Positions 37,888 to 47,333 of a stretch of 49,597 nucleotides of DNA are shown here, piece by piece (within the stretch, counting starts at the first letter, position 1; every line of letters starts with the position of its first letter). The position numbers were made by a program, and so were the translations under genes. Under the pieces are notes generated by a model. The model had not been told where the DNA came from, did no database searches, and worked only from the letters and a program-made list of their open reading frames with translations. Origin of the DNA: Robiginitomaculum sp. (lineage in GTDB: Bacteria > Pseudomonadota > Alphaproteobacteria > Caulobacterales > Maricaulaceae); NCBI GenBank assembly GCA_002733485.1, contig NVVU01000004.1, positions 26,836 through 76,432 on the forward strand. Direction: 5' to 3'.

Positions 37888-39075
37888 ATGGACCTCGACA
37901 TCACCCCCTGGCTGAATATGGCGATCCGCTGGCTGCACGTCATTGCCGGTATTGCCTGGATTGGTTCCAGCTTTTATTTCATCTGGCTGGACAATTCCTT
38001 ACGTCCTGAAAAGGACGAAAAGGAAAAGGGTGTTAGTGGCGCGCTCTGGGCGGTGCATGGCGGCGGGTTTTACCACAAGAAAAAATATCTGGTTGCGCCA
38101 GATCACATGCCCGACGATTTGCACTGGTTCAAATGGGAGGCCTATACTACCTGGCTTTCCGGCTTCGCGCTCCTCGCGCTGATGTATTACTGGTCCGCTG
38201 ATCTGTATCTGGTTGATCGCACTAAACTGGACATGACCAATCTACAGGCCACGGGCCTTAGCCTACTGGTTTTGACTGCCGGGTGGTTGATTTATGATGG
38301 CCTGTGCAAATCGCCCTTGCGCAAGAACAATGCTTTGCTGGGCGCAGTGTGGTTTTTTGTGCTCCTTGGCTTTGCCTATGGGCTAAATCTGGTGTTTTCC
38401 GGGCGCGGCGCGGTAATGCATATGGGCACCATAGTGGGCACCGCCATGGCGGCCAATGTGTTCTTCATCATCATCCCCAACCAGCGCAAAGTGGTCGCCT
38501 CGATGCTGGCCGGGAACGCGCCGGACCCAATATTGGGCATCCAAGCCAAGCAACGCAGTTTACATAATAATTACATGACCTTGCCGGTAGTGCTGATTAT
38601 GTTCAGCAACCATTATCCGCTGCTGTTTGGCAATCCGTATAACTGGGCCTTGCTGGCCGGGTTTGCCATTTGCGGCATGTTGATCCGCCATTTTTTCAAC
38701 CGCCGCCACAAGGACGATGTGCAATATGGCTATCTGATTGCCGGGGCCGTGGTTTTCATTGCGACTTTTGTTTTTGCCGCCGCCAGCCAGAACGGCTTTG
38801 CCAAGCCGCAAGACACCGGCGCGGTGACCTTCACCCAGGTCAAAACTCTGATGGATACCCATTGCACCATGTGCCATGCGCCAAGCCCGTCTTATGATGG
38901 TTTTGATGCCCCGCCTGCGGGCCTCACCCTCACCGACAAGGCCACCATTACCGCCGCCGCAGGGCGTATTTACGATCAGGTAGTGGTCGCCAAAATCATG
39001 CCCCTTGGCAATGAAACTGGCATGACCGAAGAGGAACGCGCCATAATTGGTGCTTGGGTGCAATCGGTAAAATGA
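37888..39075 (+). CDS. puuD: Membrane urate hydroxylase with C-terminal cytochrome c (COG3748)
   Basis: RWLHVIAGIAWIGSSFYF, VHGGGFY, WFKWEAY, RSLHNNY.TLPV, SNHYP, CTMCH heme motif, MPLGN.T.MT.EER. Confidence 0.9.
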   Translation: MDLDITPWLNMAIRWLHVIAGIAWIGSSFYFIWLDNSLRPEKDEKEKGVSGALWAVHGGGFYHKKKYLVAPDHMPDDLHWFKWEAYTTWLSGFALLALMYYWSADLYLVDRTKLDMTNLQATGLSLLVLTAGWLIYDGLCKSPLRKNNALLGAVWFFVLLGFAYGLNLVFSGRGAVMHMGTIVGTAMAANVFFIIIPNQRKVVASMLAGNAPDPILGIQAKQRSLHNNYMTLPVVLIMFSNHYPLLFGNPYNWALLAGFAICGMLIRHFFNRRHKDDVQYGYLIAGAVVFIATFVFAAASQNGFAKPQDTGAVTFTQVKTLMDTHCTMCHAPSPSYDGFDAPPAGLTLTDKATITAAAGRIYDQVVVAKIMPLGNETGMTEEERAIIGAWVQSVK

Positions 39076-39584
39076 GCCAGCGCACCCTCAGCCCCCGGCC
39101 CCTGAGCGCCGCAGCTTTCGCCCCCTTTGGCGATGTGTTGTCGGTTTTGGACGCCGCGCCCAAACCCATCAATTACGGCAATACCATGCGCTATGACACC
39201 GGCGCAGCCCTTAGCCTTGATGCGCAAAAGGGCCGCCCCGGGATCAGCATTTTTCGCGCCACGCCTTTGCCAACACCCATCAAAATTACCCTGATGGAGC
39301 GCCATCCGCTCTCCAGTCAGGCGTTTTTTCCGCTTTCAGAACACCCGTTTTTGGTGGTGGTCGCGCCCAAGGGCGATCTGGACCCCGCCAACATTTTCGC
39401 CTTTATCGCCGCCCCGGATCAGGGGGTGAATTATCATCCCGGCGTCTGGCACCATTATTTGCTGGCGCTGGACGGGGTCAGTGATTTTCTGGTTGTCGAC
39501 CGGCTGGGTAGCCAAAATTCAAAAACAGAGAATTGCGACGAGGTAACGCTTACCTCCCCGCTTATGGTGGAGGTGCCTCAATGA
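39072..39584 (+). CDS. allA: Ureidoglycolate lyase
   Basis: PL...AFAPFGDV, MERHPLSSQAF.P, QGVNYHPGVWHH, FLVVDR. Confidence 0.92.
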   Translation: MSQRTLSPRPLSAAAFAPFGDVLSVLDAAPKPINYGNTMRYDTGAALSLDAQKGRPGISIFRATPLPTPIKITLMERHPLSSQAFFPLSEHPFLVVVAPKGDLDPANIFAFIAAPDQGVNYHPGVWHHYLLALDGVSDFLVVDRLGSQNSKTENCDEVTLTSPLMVEVPQ

Positions 39585-40885
39585 GCAGAACCGCCTTTCG
39601 CAGCAAAATCCTGCACTTTATGGATGACCCGGCACACAGCACCGCACCCGGCACCATTATGGCTTATGATGACGGGGTGCTGGTGGTCGAAGATGGGCAT
39701 ATTCTGGCCCTTGGCTCGCCAGAAGAGATGGCTGATCTGACCCGCGACATTGACGTGCAGCACAGTCCGGGTGGCCTGATTATGCCGGGCTTTGTCGATG
39801 CCCATGTGCATTACCCGCAGGTCGATATGATCGCCAGTTATGGCAAGCATTTGCTCGACTGGCTGGACCATTATGCCTTCCCGGCTGAGATTGCGTTAAA
39901 ACGCTTTGCCGATCGCGCCACAGACACCGCCGCGTTTTTTCTGGACGAGCTTTTGCGCAATGGCACCACTTCGGCGCTGGTTTTTGCCACCGTTCATGCC
40001 CACACCGTAGACGCGATTTTTGGCGAGGCGTTAAAGCGCAATCTGCGCCTGATCAGCGGCAAGGTGATGATGGACGCCCATGCGCCCGATGATTTGCTGG
40101 ACACCGCCCAATCCAGCTATGACGATAGTAAAGCGCTGATCGAAAAATGGCACGGCAAGGGCCGTCTTGGCTATGCGGTAACGCCGCGCTTTGCGCTGAC
40201 CTCTACCAAGGAACAGCTTGATCTGGCAGGCCGTTTGCTGGCCGAGCACCCGGACGTTTTGCTGCACACGCACCTTTGCGAAAACATCAAAGAAATCGAA
40301 CGCGCTGAGGAACTTTTCCCGGATGCAGAGGGCTATCTGGACGTTTACAAACGCGCCGGTATGGTGACCGATAAATCGGTTTTTGCCCATGGGGTGCACC
40401 TTAGCGATGCCGACCGAAAAACGCTTTCCAGTGCCAAATCTGCCCTCGCCCATTGCCCTACATCGAACCTGTTTTTAGGCTCTGGCCTGTTTGATCTCGC
40501 CGCCGCGCAAGAGGCAGAGATCACCATCGGCTTTGGCACAGATGTGGGCGGCGGCACGTCGCTCAGCGCCTTTGCCACCATGAACGAGGCCTATAAGGTT
40601 TCGCAATTGCGGGGCCATAGCCTGAACCCCTATGAAGCGTTCTATCTGGCCACACTGGGCGGAGCGCGGGCGCTGCACATTGACAGCCACGTCGGCAATT
40701 TCGCCCCCGGCAAGGAAGCCGATTTTGTCGTGCTGGATCTGGCCGCCACGCCCTTGATCAAACGCCGCCTGGCGCACACCAACACGTTCGAGCAAATGCT
40801 GTTTGCCCTGATGATTTTGGGCGATGACCGGGCGGTGCGTCAAACCTTCGTCGCCGGCGCGCTAGCCCATGACCGTGACGCCTGA
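39581..40885 (+). CDS. guaD: Guanine deaminase
   Basis: PGFVDAHVHYPQ, NGTTS, YAVTPRFA, HTHLCEN, HCPTSNLFLGSG, GTDVGGG, GDDR. Confidence 0.95.
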   Translation: MSRTAFRSKILHFMDDPAHSTAPGTIMAYDDGVLVVEDGHILALGSPEEMADLTRDIDVQHSPGGLIMPGFVDAHVHYPQVDMIASYGKHLLDWLDHYAFPAEIALKRFADRATDTAAFFLDELLRNGTTSALVFATVHAHTVDAIFGEALKRNLRLISGKVMMDAHAPDDLLDTAQSSYDDSKALIEKWHGKGRLGYAVTPRFALTSTKEQLDLAGRLLAEHPDVLLHTHLCENIKEIERAEELFPDAEGYLDVYKRAGMVTDKSVFAHGVHLSDADRKTLSSAKSALAHCPTSNLFLGSGLFDLAAAQEAEITIGFGTDVGGGTSLSAFATMNEAYKVSQLRGHSLNPYEAFYLATLGGARALHIDSHVGNFAPGKEADFVVLDLAATPLIKRRLAHTNTFEQMLFALMILGDDRAVRQTFVAGALAHDRDA

Positions 40886-41086
40886 ACCCCGGTAAATGGG
40901 ATCAGCATACCCTCTTATCCAGGGATGGGGATAAGACCCATTTATCCCCGATTTATAGGGGGGTATAAGGGTCAAAAAAGGGGTAAAAAAGGCTCAATAA
41001 GCGCATTTAAGCGTAAAATAAGGGGCATTTTGGACCAATTTAGGGGGGCGCTGTTTGGCAATCAGATTTTCTTGCCAAAGCCCCGG

Positions 41087-41130
41087 CCCCTCACCTTATT
41101 CCTCTCCCATTTTCCCTTCGGGGGGAGAGG
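41087..41130. repeat. BoxC-like palindromic repeat
   Basis: CCCCTCACCTTATTCCTCTCCC...GGGAGAGGA; stem TCCTCTCCC (41100-41108) / GGGAGAGGA (41122-41130). Confidence 0.65.
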
Positions 41131-41241
41131 AAAGCGCTTTATGATCGTCGCTGTAATTCGTTTTTCTGATGCTGCATATTATAAACTTATCCCACACCGG
41201 CTTGGTTGGGGTATATTGCTGGTTGTGATAGTGCCCAGTGC

Positions 41242-41321
41242 TGTCATTGCCGGGCCTGTTCCGGCAATCCAGAGCGGCATAAATGCGAAACTGGATGACC
41301 CGGATAAACCGGGTAATGACA
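41242..41321. repeat. ~80-bp cloverleaf REP-like element, copy 3
   Basis: TGTCA-TTGCCGGG/TCCGGCAA-TCCAG..CTGGA-TGACCCGG/CCGGGTAA-TGACA. Confidence 0.9.
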
Positions 41322-41341
41322 TGAAGGATGGAGAAATTTAC

Positions 41342-41427
41342 AGGGCCTCCAGCCTTAGAGCCGGGGTCTATAGGCGAGTCCTCCTCAACTTGGATCCCGG
41401 ATATGTCTCCGCCATTCCGGGAACCCT
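41342..41427. repeat. Degenerate element with the same multi-hairpin architecture
   Basis: AGGG..CCCT ends, CCTCCAGC-CTTAGA-GCCGGGG hairpin, TCTA..TGGA stem, TCCCGGA/TCCGGGA hairpin. Confidence 0.5.
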
Positions 41428-41525
41428 AAGGTGGAAAATGACTTTGGATTGAAAAGTGGATCGGGAATGAAGTTTCCCAAAAGCTCTAGCGGCAGCCGGT
41501 TTCGTCCACCCATTCCCATATATGC

Positions 41526-42716
41526 CTAAGCCTTTAGTGCCTCAACGCCGGGAAGGGCTTTGCCCTCCATCCATTCCAAAAAGGCACCGCCTGCGGTGGA
41601 GATAAACGTAAAGCCTTTCGCGGCCCCGGCCTGATTGAGCGCTGAGACGGTATCGCCGCCGCCGGCCACCGAGACCAGCTTGCCGGCGCGGGTCAGCGCC
41701 GCGCAATGGCGCGCCGCCGCCTTGGTGGCTGCATCAAATGGGGTCAGTTCGAACGCGCCCAACGGGCCATTCCAGATCACCGTTTTGGCGCGATCCATGG
41801 CGGCATTCAAGACCGCCACGCTTTGCGGCCCGGCATCCAGGATCATGTCCTTTTCGCCAACCCCGTCCAGCGACACCGTCTGGTGGGGTGCATTGGCGGC
41901 AAATTTTGTTGCCACGACCACATCAATGGGCAGCAAAATCTCACAATTATTGCGCACCGCGCTGGTCATGATGGCCCGGGCGGTATCGGCCAGATCCTTT
42001 TCGCACAAGCTGGCCCCAACGGGTTTACCCAACGCGTGTAAAAACGTATTGGCCATGCCGCCGCCAATGCACAAAATGTCCACCTGTAAGACCAGATTTT
42101 GTAAAAGGTCGATTTTGCTGGAGACCTTGGCCCCACCAACCACGGCCAGCACCGGATGCTCTGGCTTGCCCAGTGCCTTTTCCAGATGGTCCAGCTCGCG
42201 CTGCATGGCGCGCCCGGCAAAGGCGGGCAGGAATTGCGCAATGCCAACGGTGGAGGCATGGGCGCGGTGCGCCGATGAAAACGCATCAAGCACAAAAAGA
42301 TCACCCTGATCGGCCATGGCGCGCCCCAGCGCAGGGTCGTTTTCCTGCTCGCCCTTATGAAAACGGGTATTTTCCAGCAAGAGCACATCGCCCGGGACCA
42401 TGGCGGCCACAGATTGTTGCGCCGCCGTGCCCACGCAATCAGAGGCAAAGCCAACCGGCGCATCCAGAAGTTTAGCCAGCACCGGGGCCACTGGGGCCAG
42501 ACTCATCGCGGCGACGCGCGCGCCTTTGGGGCGGCCAAAATGCGACAGCAGAATCACCTTAGCCCCGCGCGAACGCAAATCATTGATGGTCGGCAAAGCG
42601 GCGCGCAGACGGGTATCGTCCGACACCGCGCCCCCTTGCATGGGAACGTTAAAATCAACCCGAACCAGAACGCGCTGGCCCTTCACATCGGCATCATCCA
42701 AAGTGCGAAAGGCCAT
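41526..42716 (-). CDS. pgk: Phosphoglycerate kinase
   Basis: [56 protein letters not shown]. Confidence 0.97.
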   Translation of the reverse strand: MAFRTLDDADVKGQRVLVRVDFNVPMQGGAVSDDTRLRAALPTINDLRSRGAKVILLSHFGRPKGARVAAMSLAPVAPVLAKLLDAPVGFASDCVGTAAQQSVAAMVPGDVLLLENTRFHKGEQENDPALGRAMADQGDLFVLDAFSSAHRAHASTVGIAQFLPAFAGRAMQRELDHLEKALGKPEHPVLAVVGGAKVSSKIDLLQNLVLQVDILCIGGGMANTFLHALGKPVGASLCEKDLADTARAIMTSAVRNNCEILLPIDVVVATKFAANAPHQTVSLDGVGEKDMILDAGPQSVAVLNAAMDRAKTVIWNGPLGAFELTPFDAATKAAARHCAALTRAGKLVSVAGGGDTVSALNQAGAAKGFTFISTAGGAFLEWMEGKALPGVEALKA

Positions 42717-42736
42717 AGCAATTCTCCTGATTTTCC

Positions 42737-43744
42737 CTAGATAAAGGCGGCCAGCGCCAGCGCCGTATCAGACATGCGTGTGGCAAAGCCCCATTCATTG
42801 TCATACCAGGTCAGAATGCGCACCAAAGTGCCATCGACCACTTGGGTTTGCGGCAAGGCAAAGGTGGAAGAATTGGCATTGTGGTTATAATCTATCGACA
42901 CCAGAGGTTCGTCTGAATAGCCAAGCACGCCTTTAAGCGGCCCATCAGCGGCGGCAATAATGGCGGCGTTGATTTCCTCCACACTGGTGGCTTTGCCGGC
43001 ATCAAAGGTCAGGTCCACACAAGACACATTGGGGGTTGGCACGCGGATGGAACAGCCATCCAGCTTGCCCGCCAGTTCCGGCAGAACCAGACCCACGGCC
43101 TTGGCCGCACCCGTTGAAGTGGGGATCATGGATTGGGCCGCCGCGCGCGCCCGGTAGAGGTCACTGTGCATCCGGTCCAATGTCGGCTGATCGCCGGTAT
43201 AAGCGTGAATGGTGGTCATATAGCCGCGCTTAATGCCCACAGCATCGTTCAGGGTTTTGGCCACTGGCGACAGGCAATTTGTGGTGCAGGATGCGTTGGA
43301 AACAATAATGTCGTCGGCGGTCAGCACATTGTGATTAACCCCGTAAACGATGGTTTTGTCGGCATCCTTGCCCGGCGCACTCAACAGCACCCGCTTGGCC
43401 CCGGCTTCCAGATGCTTGCCCGCCAGTGCCTTGGAGAGGAAAAGGCCAGTGCATTCCAGCGCCACATCGATGTTTAATTCTTTCCAGGGCAGTTTGGCCG
43501 GGTCGCGCTCGGCGGTGACGCGAATGGTTTTCCCATTGACGATCATAGCGCCTTCTTCGGTCTGCACATCGGCATCCAGACGCCCGTGCACCGAATCATA
43601 TTTCAGCAAATGCGCATTGGTTTTGACCGGACCCAGATCATTAATGGCCACCACTTCAATATCTGTGCGGCCATGTTCGATAATCGACCGTAAAACCAGC
43701 CGTCCAATGCGACCAAAGCCGTTAATCGCTACCCGTATTGCCAT
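42737..43744 (-). CDS. gap: Glyceraldehyde-3-phosphate dehydrogenase type I
   Basis: [41 protein letters not shown]. Confidence 0.97.
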   Translation of the reverse strand: MAIRVAINGFGRIGRLVLRSIIEHGRTDIEVVAINDLGPVKTNAHLLKYDSVHGRLDADVQTEEGAMIVNGKTIRVTAERDPAKLPWKELNIDVALECTGLFLSKALAGKHLEAGAKRVLLSAPGKDADKTIVYGVNHNVLTADDIIVSNASCTTNCLSPVAKTLNDAVGIKRGYMTTIHAYTGDQPTLDRMHSDLYRARAAAQSMIPTSTGAAKAVGLVLPELAGKLDGCSIRVPTPNVSCVDLTFDAGKATSVEEINAAIIAAADGPLKGVLGYSDEPLVSIDYNHNANSSTFALPQTQVVDGTLVRILTWYDNEWGFATRMSDTALALAAFI

Positions 43745-43921
43745 GTGAAATCTCCATTAAAGCTGGTGCGCCTGATGACACGCTTTGCCGTTTACCCTAT
43801 TCTTGGGCTATACCTTGGCGTACGGGATACGTCCAGTTGAATGCGCCCCGCAAAAGACCTTTGTGACACAGAAGGCTGTTGGGGGCTTTGCAGCGCTGTT
43901 AATGCGGTTCACAATGAGAAA

Positions 43922-44218
43922 ATGATGGTCAAAAATACACAAACGCCCCCCCTTGATGACAGCGACGTCGCCCTTGGCGAAGCCAGCACCCGGCTGAATA
44001 GCGCGCTTGATCTTCTGGACACGTGCACATCGGCCCTTTTACAACGCATGAAAGGCGCCCGCGAGGCCGGTGAAGTGGACGAGGATCGCGCCCGTCTGGC
44101 TGCCGAACTGGACGCAGCGCAAGCCCGCGCCGACGCCCTGGAAGAGGCCGCACGCGAAGCCGGGGCGGCCCTGGATGCCGCCATTGACGAGGTGCGCAGC
44201 GCCCTTGGGGAGGTATAG
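43922..44218 (+). CDS. Coiled-coil protein upstream of zapA (DUF4164/ZauP-like)
   Basis: RL..ALD.L, DRARLAAELD, LDAAIDEVR..L; conserved position 5' of zapA. Confidence 0.75.
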   Translation: MMVKNTQTPPLDDSDVALGEASTRLNSALDLLDTCTSALLQRMKGAREAGEVDEDRARLAAELDAAQARADALEEAAREAGAALDAAIDEVRSALGEV

Positions 44219-44222
44219 GCTC

Positions 44223-44591
44223 ATGGGTAAGGTTTCCATAAATGTAAATGGCCGCGCCTTTGCGGTGGGCTGCGAAGATGGCGAGGAAAGCGCCGTTGCC
44301 GAACTTGGTGAACAATTTAACGCCCATGTGTGCGAGCTGGCCGAGCAAGTGGGGCAGATCGGCGATTTACGGCTGTTTTTAATGGCCGCACTGGTCTTGG
44401 CCGATGAATTGCGTGAAGCCAAGCGCACCTGCGCCGGTTTTGAAGCGCAGATGACTGACAGTCAGAGCGCCAATGCCGAAGGGGCACGCAAAAACAATGC
44501 CCTGGCCCAAAGCGCTGCGCATGCCTTAAATGAGGCAGCGGGCCGGATTGAAAAGCTGGCAAACCAGCTGGATAATGATGAATCCGCATAA
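44223..44591 (+). CDS. zapA: Cell division protein ZapA
   Basis: V.INVNGR.F.VGC.DGEE, GQIGDLRL.LMAAL.LADEL; GGAGG RBS. Confidence 0.9.
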   Translation: MGKVSINVNGRAFAVGCEDGEESAVAELGEQFNAHVCELAEQVGQIGDLRLFLMAALVLADELREAKRTCAGFEAQMTDSQSANAEGARKNNALAQSAAHALNEAAGRIEKLANQLDNDESA

Positions 44592-44664
44592 AAACGCACT
44601 TTTACTGTGATTATTTGGCCTGCCCCCCTCCAAATTCATTGCCATACGTCTTAAGTTCACAAAA

Positions 44665-44825
44665 GGCGGTGTCTGCGGCGCGCGTCAGGGGCACAATACC
44701 CGGCGACCGTATCGTCTCCTGAGGGAGCGTCCTCTGATTGAGATCGTGGTCTCTTTTATGCTGCGCCCACCTGAACTATTGGGTCATCAGGGCATTCTCG
44801 CCCCAACGGTGTTTGTGGAGCCGCC
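44665..44825 (+). ncRNA. ssrS: 6S RNA
   Basis: ~160-nt rod with GGCGG/CCGCC ends, internal TGAGGGAGC.TC and GCGCCCACCTG motifs, in the canonical zapA-ssrS-ygfA position. Confidence 0.88.
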
Positions 44826-44828
44826 ACT

Positions 44829-45425
44829 ATGTCTTTTTTTAATTCCAGTAACGAAAAAGCTGATTTACGCGCGCGAATGAAGCGCAAACGGGTCACCTTG
44901 CAGTCCTTGTACCCGCGTTCCGGTACACAGCTTTCAGCGCGTTTTCCCGCTGAATTGCTAACCCGGCCCGGTCTTGCTATTTCAGGCTATATCCCGATCC
45001 AGAGCGAGATTGACCCAACCGCCTTAATGGAAAAGCTGAAATCACGGGGTGCACAATTATGCCTGCCCGTTATGGGTAAAGACAATGCGCCGCTGAGCTT
45101 TCGTGCCTGGAGCCCGGGTGATGAGTTGAACATTTGCGACTTCGATGTGGAAGAGCCTTTGCCCACCGCCAAACCCATGACCCCGGATATTGTGCTGTTG
45201 CCTTTGCTGGCCTTTGATAAAAAAGGCCGACGGCTTGGCTATGGCGGCGGATTTTTTGATCGTACCCTAAAAGCACTACGCAACGCGGACCCCCATGTCT
45301 GTGCCGTTGGTATTGGCTATGCCGCCCAGCAATTGCCCAAAGTGCCCACCGACGGTGGTGATCAAAGCCTAGACTGGGTGCTGACGGAAACCGGGGCCAT
45401 CAGCATGACCGGCAAAACGCCCTAA
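44829..45425 (+). CDS. ygfA: 5-formyltetrahydrofolate cyclo-ligase
   Basis: K..LR, Y.PI.SEID, LCLP, PLLAFD..G.RLGYGGGFFDR. Confidence 0.92.
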   Translation: MSFFNSSNEKADLRARMKRKRVTLQSLYPRSGTQLSARFPAELLTRPGLAISGYIPIQSEIDPTALMEKLKSRGAQLCLPVMGKDNAPLSFRAWSPGDELNICDFDVEEPLPTAKPMTPDIVLLPLLAFDKKGRRLGYGGGFFDRTLKALRNADPHVCAVGIGYAAQQLPKVPTDGGDQSLDWVLTETGAISMTGKTP

Positions 45426-46147
45426 TCGGCCTGCGTCAGATCATTATCATTGCTGGCACAAAGGCGCTTCATGCCTGCTTTGCCAAAGACTTTCTTTAAC
45501 GGCATACCGTGCACCACCCGGCGATAAAACGGGGCGTCATTGATCTTGACCCAAGCGGTCAGGCGGATTTTCTTGCGGCCCTGGCAATATTTCTCTTTGC
45601 CTTGCGGTGCGAGTGAAAACTGCCAGTTTATGGTCAGATCACCACTGGCCGCTTCATCATCGGCCACGGCGCGCTCTATCCCATCCTCTGAGGCTTTATC
45701 AGCGTCGCCTACCGTGTCATTGCCCGGCTCCACCCATTGATGGTTTTTATCTTTTTTCGCCAGTTTGGCCTGCACGGCATTGGCGCGTGCATAATCGGCC
45801 TTGGCCAGACGGATCACCAGCGGCTTTGCGCCAAGGGCTTCGACATCAATCCCGTCCAGCGCTTCGCCGTCTTTGACCACTTCCAGCGCAAAGACTTCCT
45901 CTTGTAACACTTCACCATCGCGGGTTATCCGCAAGGTGACGTCAACATTGGGGGCATAGTCTACATCAGACGGGACCAGCACCGCCGCCCGGCTGGTGAC
46001 CAGATCAACGCTGTAAGGATCCAGCTTTCTCAAAGACAGGACGGTGCCAATATCCAGATAGAGACAGGCCGAAAGGAACACTGGCAAGACCAGTATAGCG
46101 ATTTGCCGAAAGGTTTTTAAACCAGACCGATTACCCACTTTACGCAT
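45422..46147 (-). CDS. Hypothetical lipoprotein
   Basis: Basic N-region, hydrophobic stretch and lipobox LSAC; no catalytic motif recognised. Confidence 0.65.
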   Translation of the reverse strand: MRKVGNRSGLKTFRQIAILVLPVFLSACLYLDIGTVLSLRKLDPYSVDLVTSRAAVLVPSDVDYAPNVDVTLRITRDGEVLQEEVFALEVVKDGEALDGIDVEALGAKPLVIRLAKADYARANAVQAKLAKKDKNHQWVEPGNDTVGDADKASEDGIERAVADDEAASGDLTINWQFSLAPQGKEKYCQGRKKIRLTAWVKINDAPFYRRVVHGMPLKKVFGKAGMKRLCASNDNDLTQAD

Positions 46148-46192
46148 TTCACTTGGTTAAAATCGTAATATGGTGATTTAAAGGCACAAAGC

Positions 46193-47176
46193 TTACCGAT
46201 TGACCACGCTCATATCCCCATAGCGATCGCCTTTGACCTTGGCCGAGAGGATCGATAGCTGTGCCAGATCATCCTGATCAAGCACCACAGATCGCGCCTT
46301 CATATTACTGGTCAGGTTTGAAGCTTTGGTGGTGCCCGGAATGCTGAGCACATGTTCGCCTTGCGCTAAAACCCAGGCCAGCGCAATTTGCGCCGGATGG
46401 GCGTCGTGGCGCACCGCAATGGCTTTAACTACATCAACCAGCGCCAGATTGTCCGCATAATTATCGCCGGCAAAGCGTGGCTGTGTGTGGCGATAGTCTG
46501 ACGCGCTCAGCCCTTTGTCCTCGCGGCTATATTGCCCGGTCAACATGCCCCGCCCCAACGGCGAATAGGCCACCAAAGAGACGCCAAGCTCCTGACAGGC
46601 AGGTATAATTTCATCCTCTATATCACGGCTAAAGAGCGAGTATTCTGACTGCACCGCCGCCACAGGGTGCACGGCACAGGCGCGGCGCAGGGTTTGCGCC
46701 GAACATTCAGACAGGCCAATGGCGCGAATTTTTCCCTCAGACACCAATTCCAGCAAGCCCTCCATTGTCTCTTCAATGGGGGTATTTGGGTCCATGCGGT
46801 GCTGATAATAAAGATCGATGCTGTCCACACCCAGCGCGCGCAATGAGCCTTCGCATGAAGCGCGCATACTGGCCTTTGAGCCATCCAGGCCCGTCACCGC
46901 GCCGGTCTTGCGATCCCGGCCAATACCAAATTTACTGGCAATCACCACCTTATCACGCGTTCCCTTCAAGGCTTTGCCGAGCAGTTTCTCATTGGCCCCC
47001 ATGCCATACATTTCAGCGGTATCGAAATGATCGACCCCCAGCTCTATTGCCTTGTGTATGGTGGCGATCGCCTCGGCTTCCTCAGTGGGCTTGCCGTAAA
47101 ACTCTGAAAACCCCATACAGCCCAGACCGATGGGATGCACGTTAAGGGCGCTTTGGCCGATAGATCGTTTTTGCAT
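46193..47176 (-). CDS. Aldo/keto reductase
   Basis: IGLGCMG, FDTAEMYG, ASKFG, IDLYYQHR, IGLSE, QSEYS, YSPLGRG, IPGT. Confidence 0.93.
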   Translation of the reverse strand: MQKRSIGQSALNVHPIGLGCMGFSEFYGKPTEEAEAIATIHKAIELGVDHFDTAEMYGMGANEKLLGKALKGTRDKVVIASKFGIGRDRKTGAVTGLDGSKASMRASCEGSLRALGVDSIDLYYQHRMDPNTPIEETMEGLLELVSEGKIRAIGLSECSAQTLRRACAVHPVAAVQSEYSLFSRDIEDEIIPACQELGVSLVAYSPLGRGMLTGQYSREDKGLSASDYRHTQPRFAGDNYADNLALVDVVKAIAVRHDAHPAQIALAWVLAQGEHVLSIPGTTKASNLTSNMKARSVVLDQDDLAQLSILSAKVKGDRYGDMSVVNR

Positions 47177-47317
47177 GTTCTTTCTCCACTTTGATTATTT
47201 TTGCTTTGTTAGTTTCACGCTGAGCATTTCTCTTTGATAATTGCACTTTGATCATGTCTTTGGCTGAAATTGCTCACTCAGAAATTCAAGACTCGAAATA
47301 TTTCCACCCCTTTAATT

Positions 47318-47333
47318 AAGTGAGCACTCACTC
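47318..47333. promoter_or_regulatory. Putative TetR operator upstream of the aldo/keto reductase
   Basis: AAGTGAGCACTCACTC, nearly identical to the palindrome at 48024; additional half-site TGCTCACTCA at 47271-47280. Confidence 0.7.

Noticed and set aside
28292..41321. CRISPR array or tRNA genes suggested by the recurring palindromes
   Set aside because: Copies are dispersed rather than regularly spaced, there are no cas genes, and the cloverleafs lack TTC T-loop, D-loop and CCA features.
40925..41452. 175-aa ORF in the guaD-pgk gap
   Set aside because: It is made of homopolymer tracts and repeat units, with no protein-like motif.
43895..43915. CtrA site upstream of the zapA operon
   Set aside because: Only one TTAA half-site; the N7 spacing is not satisfied.
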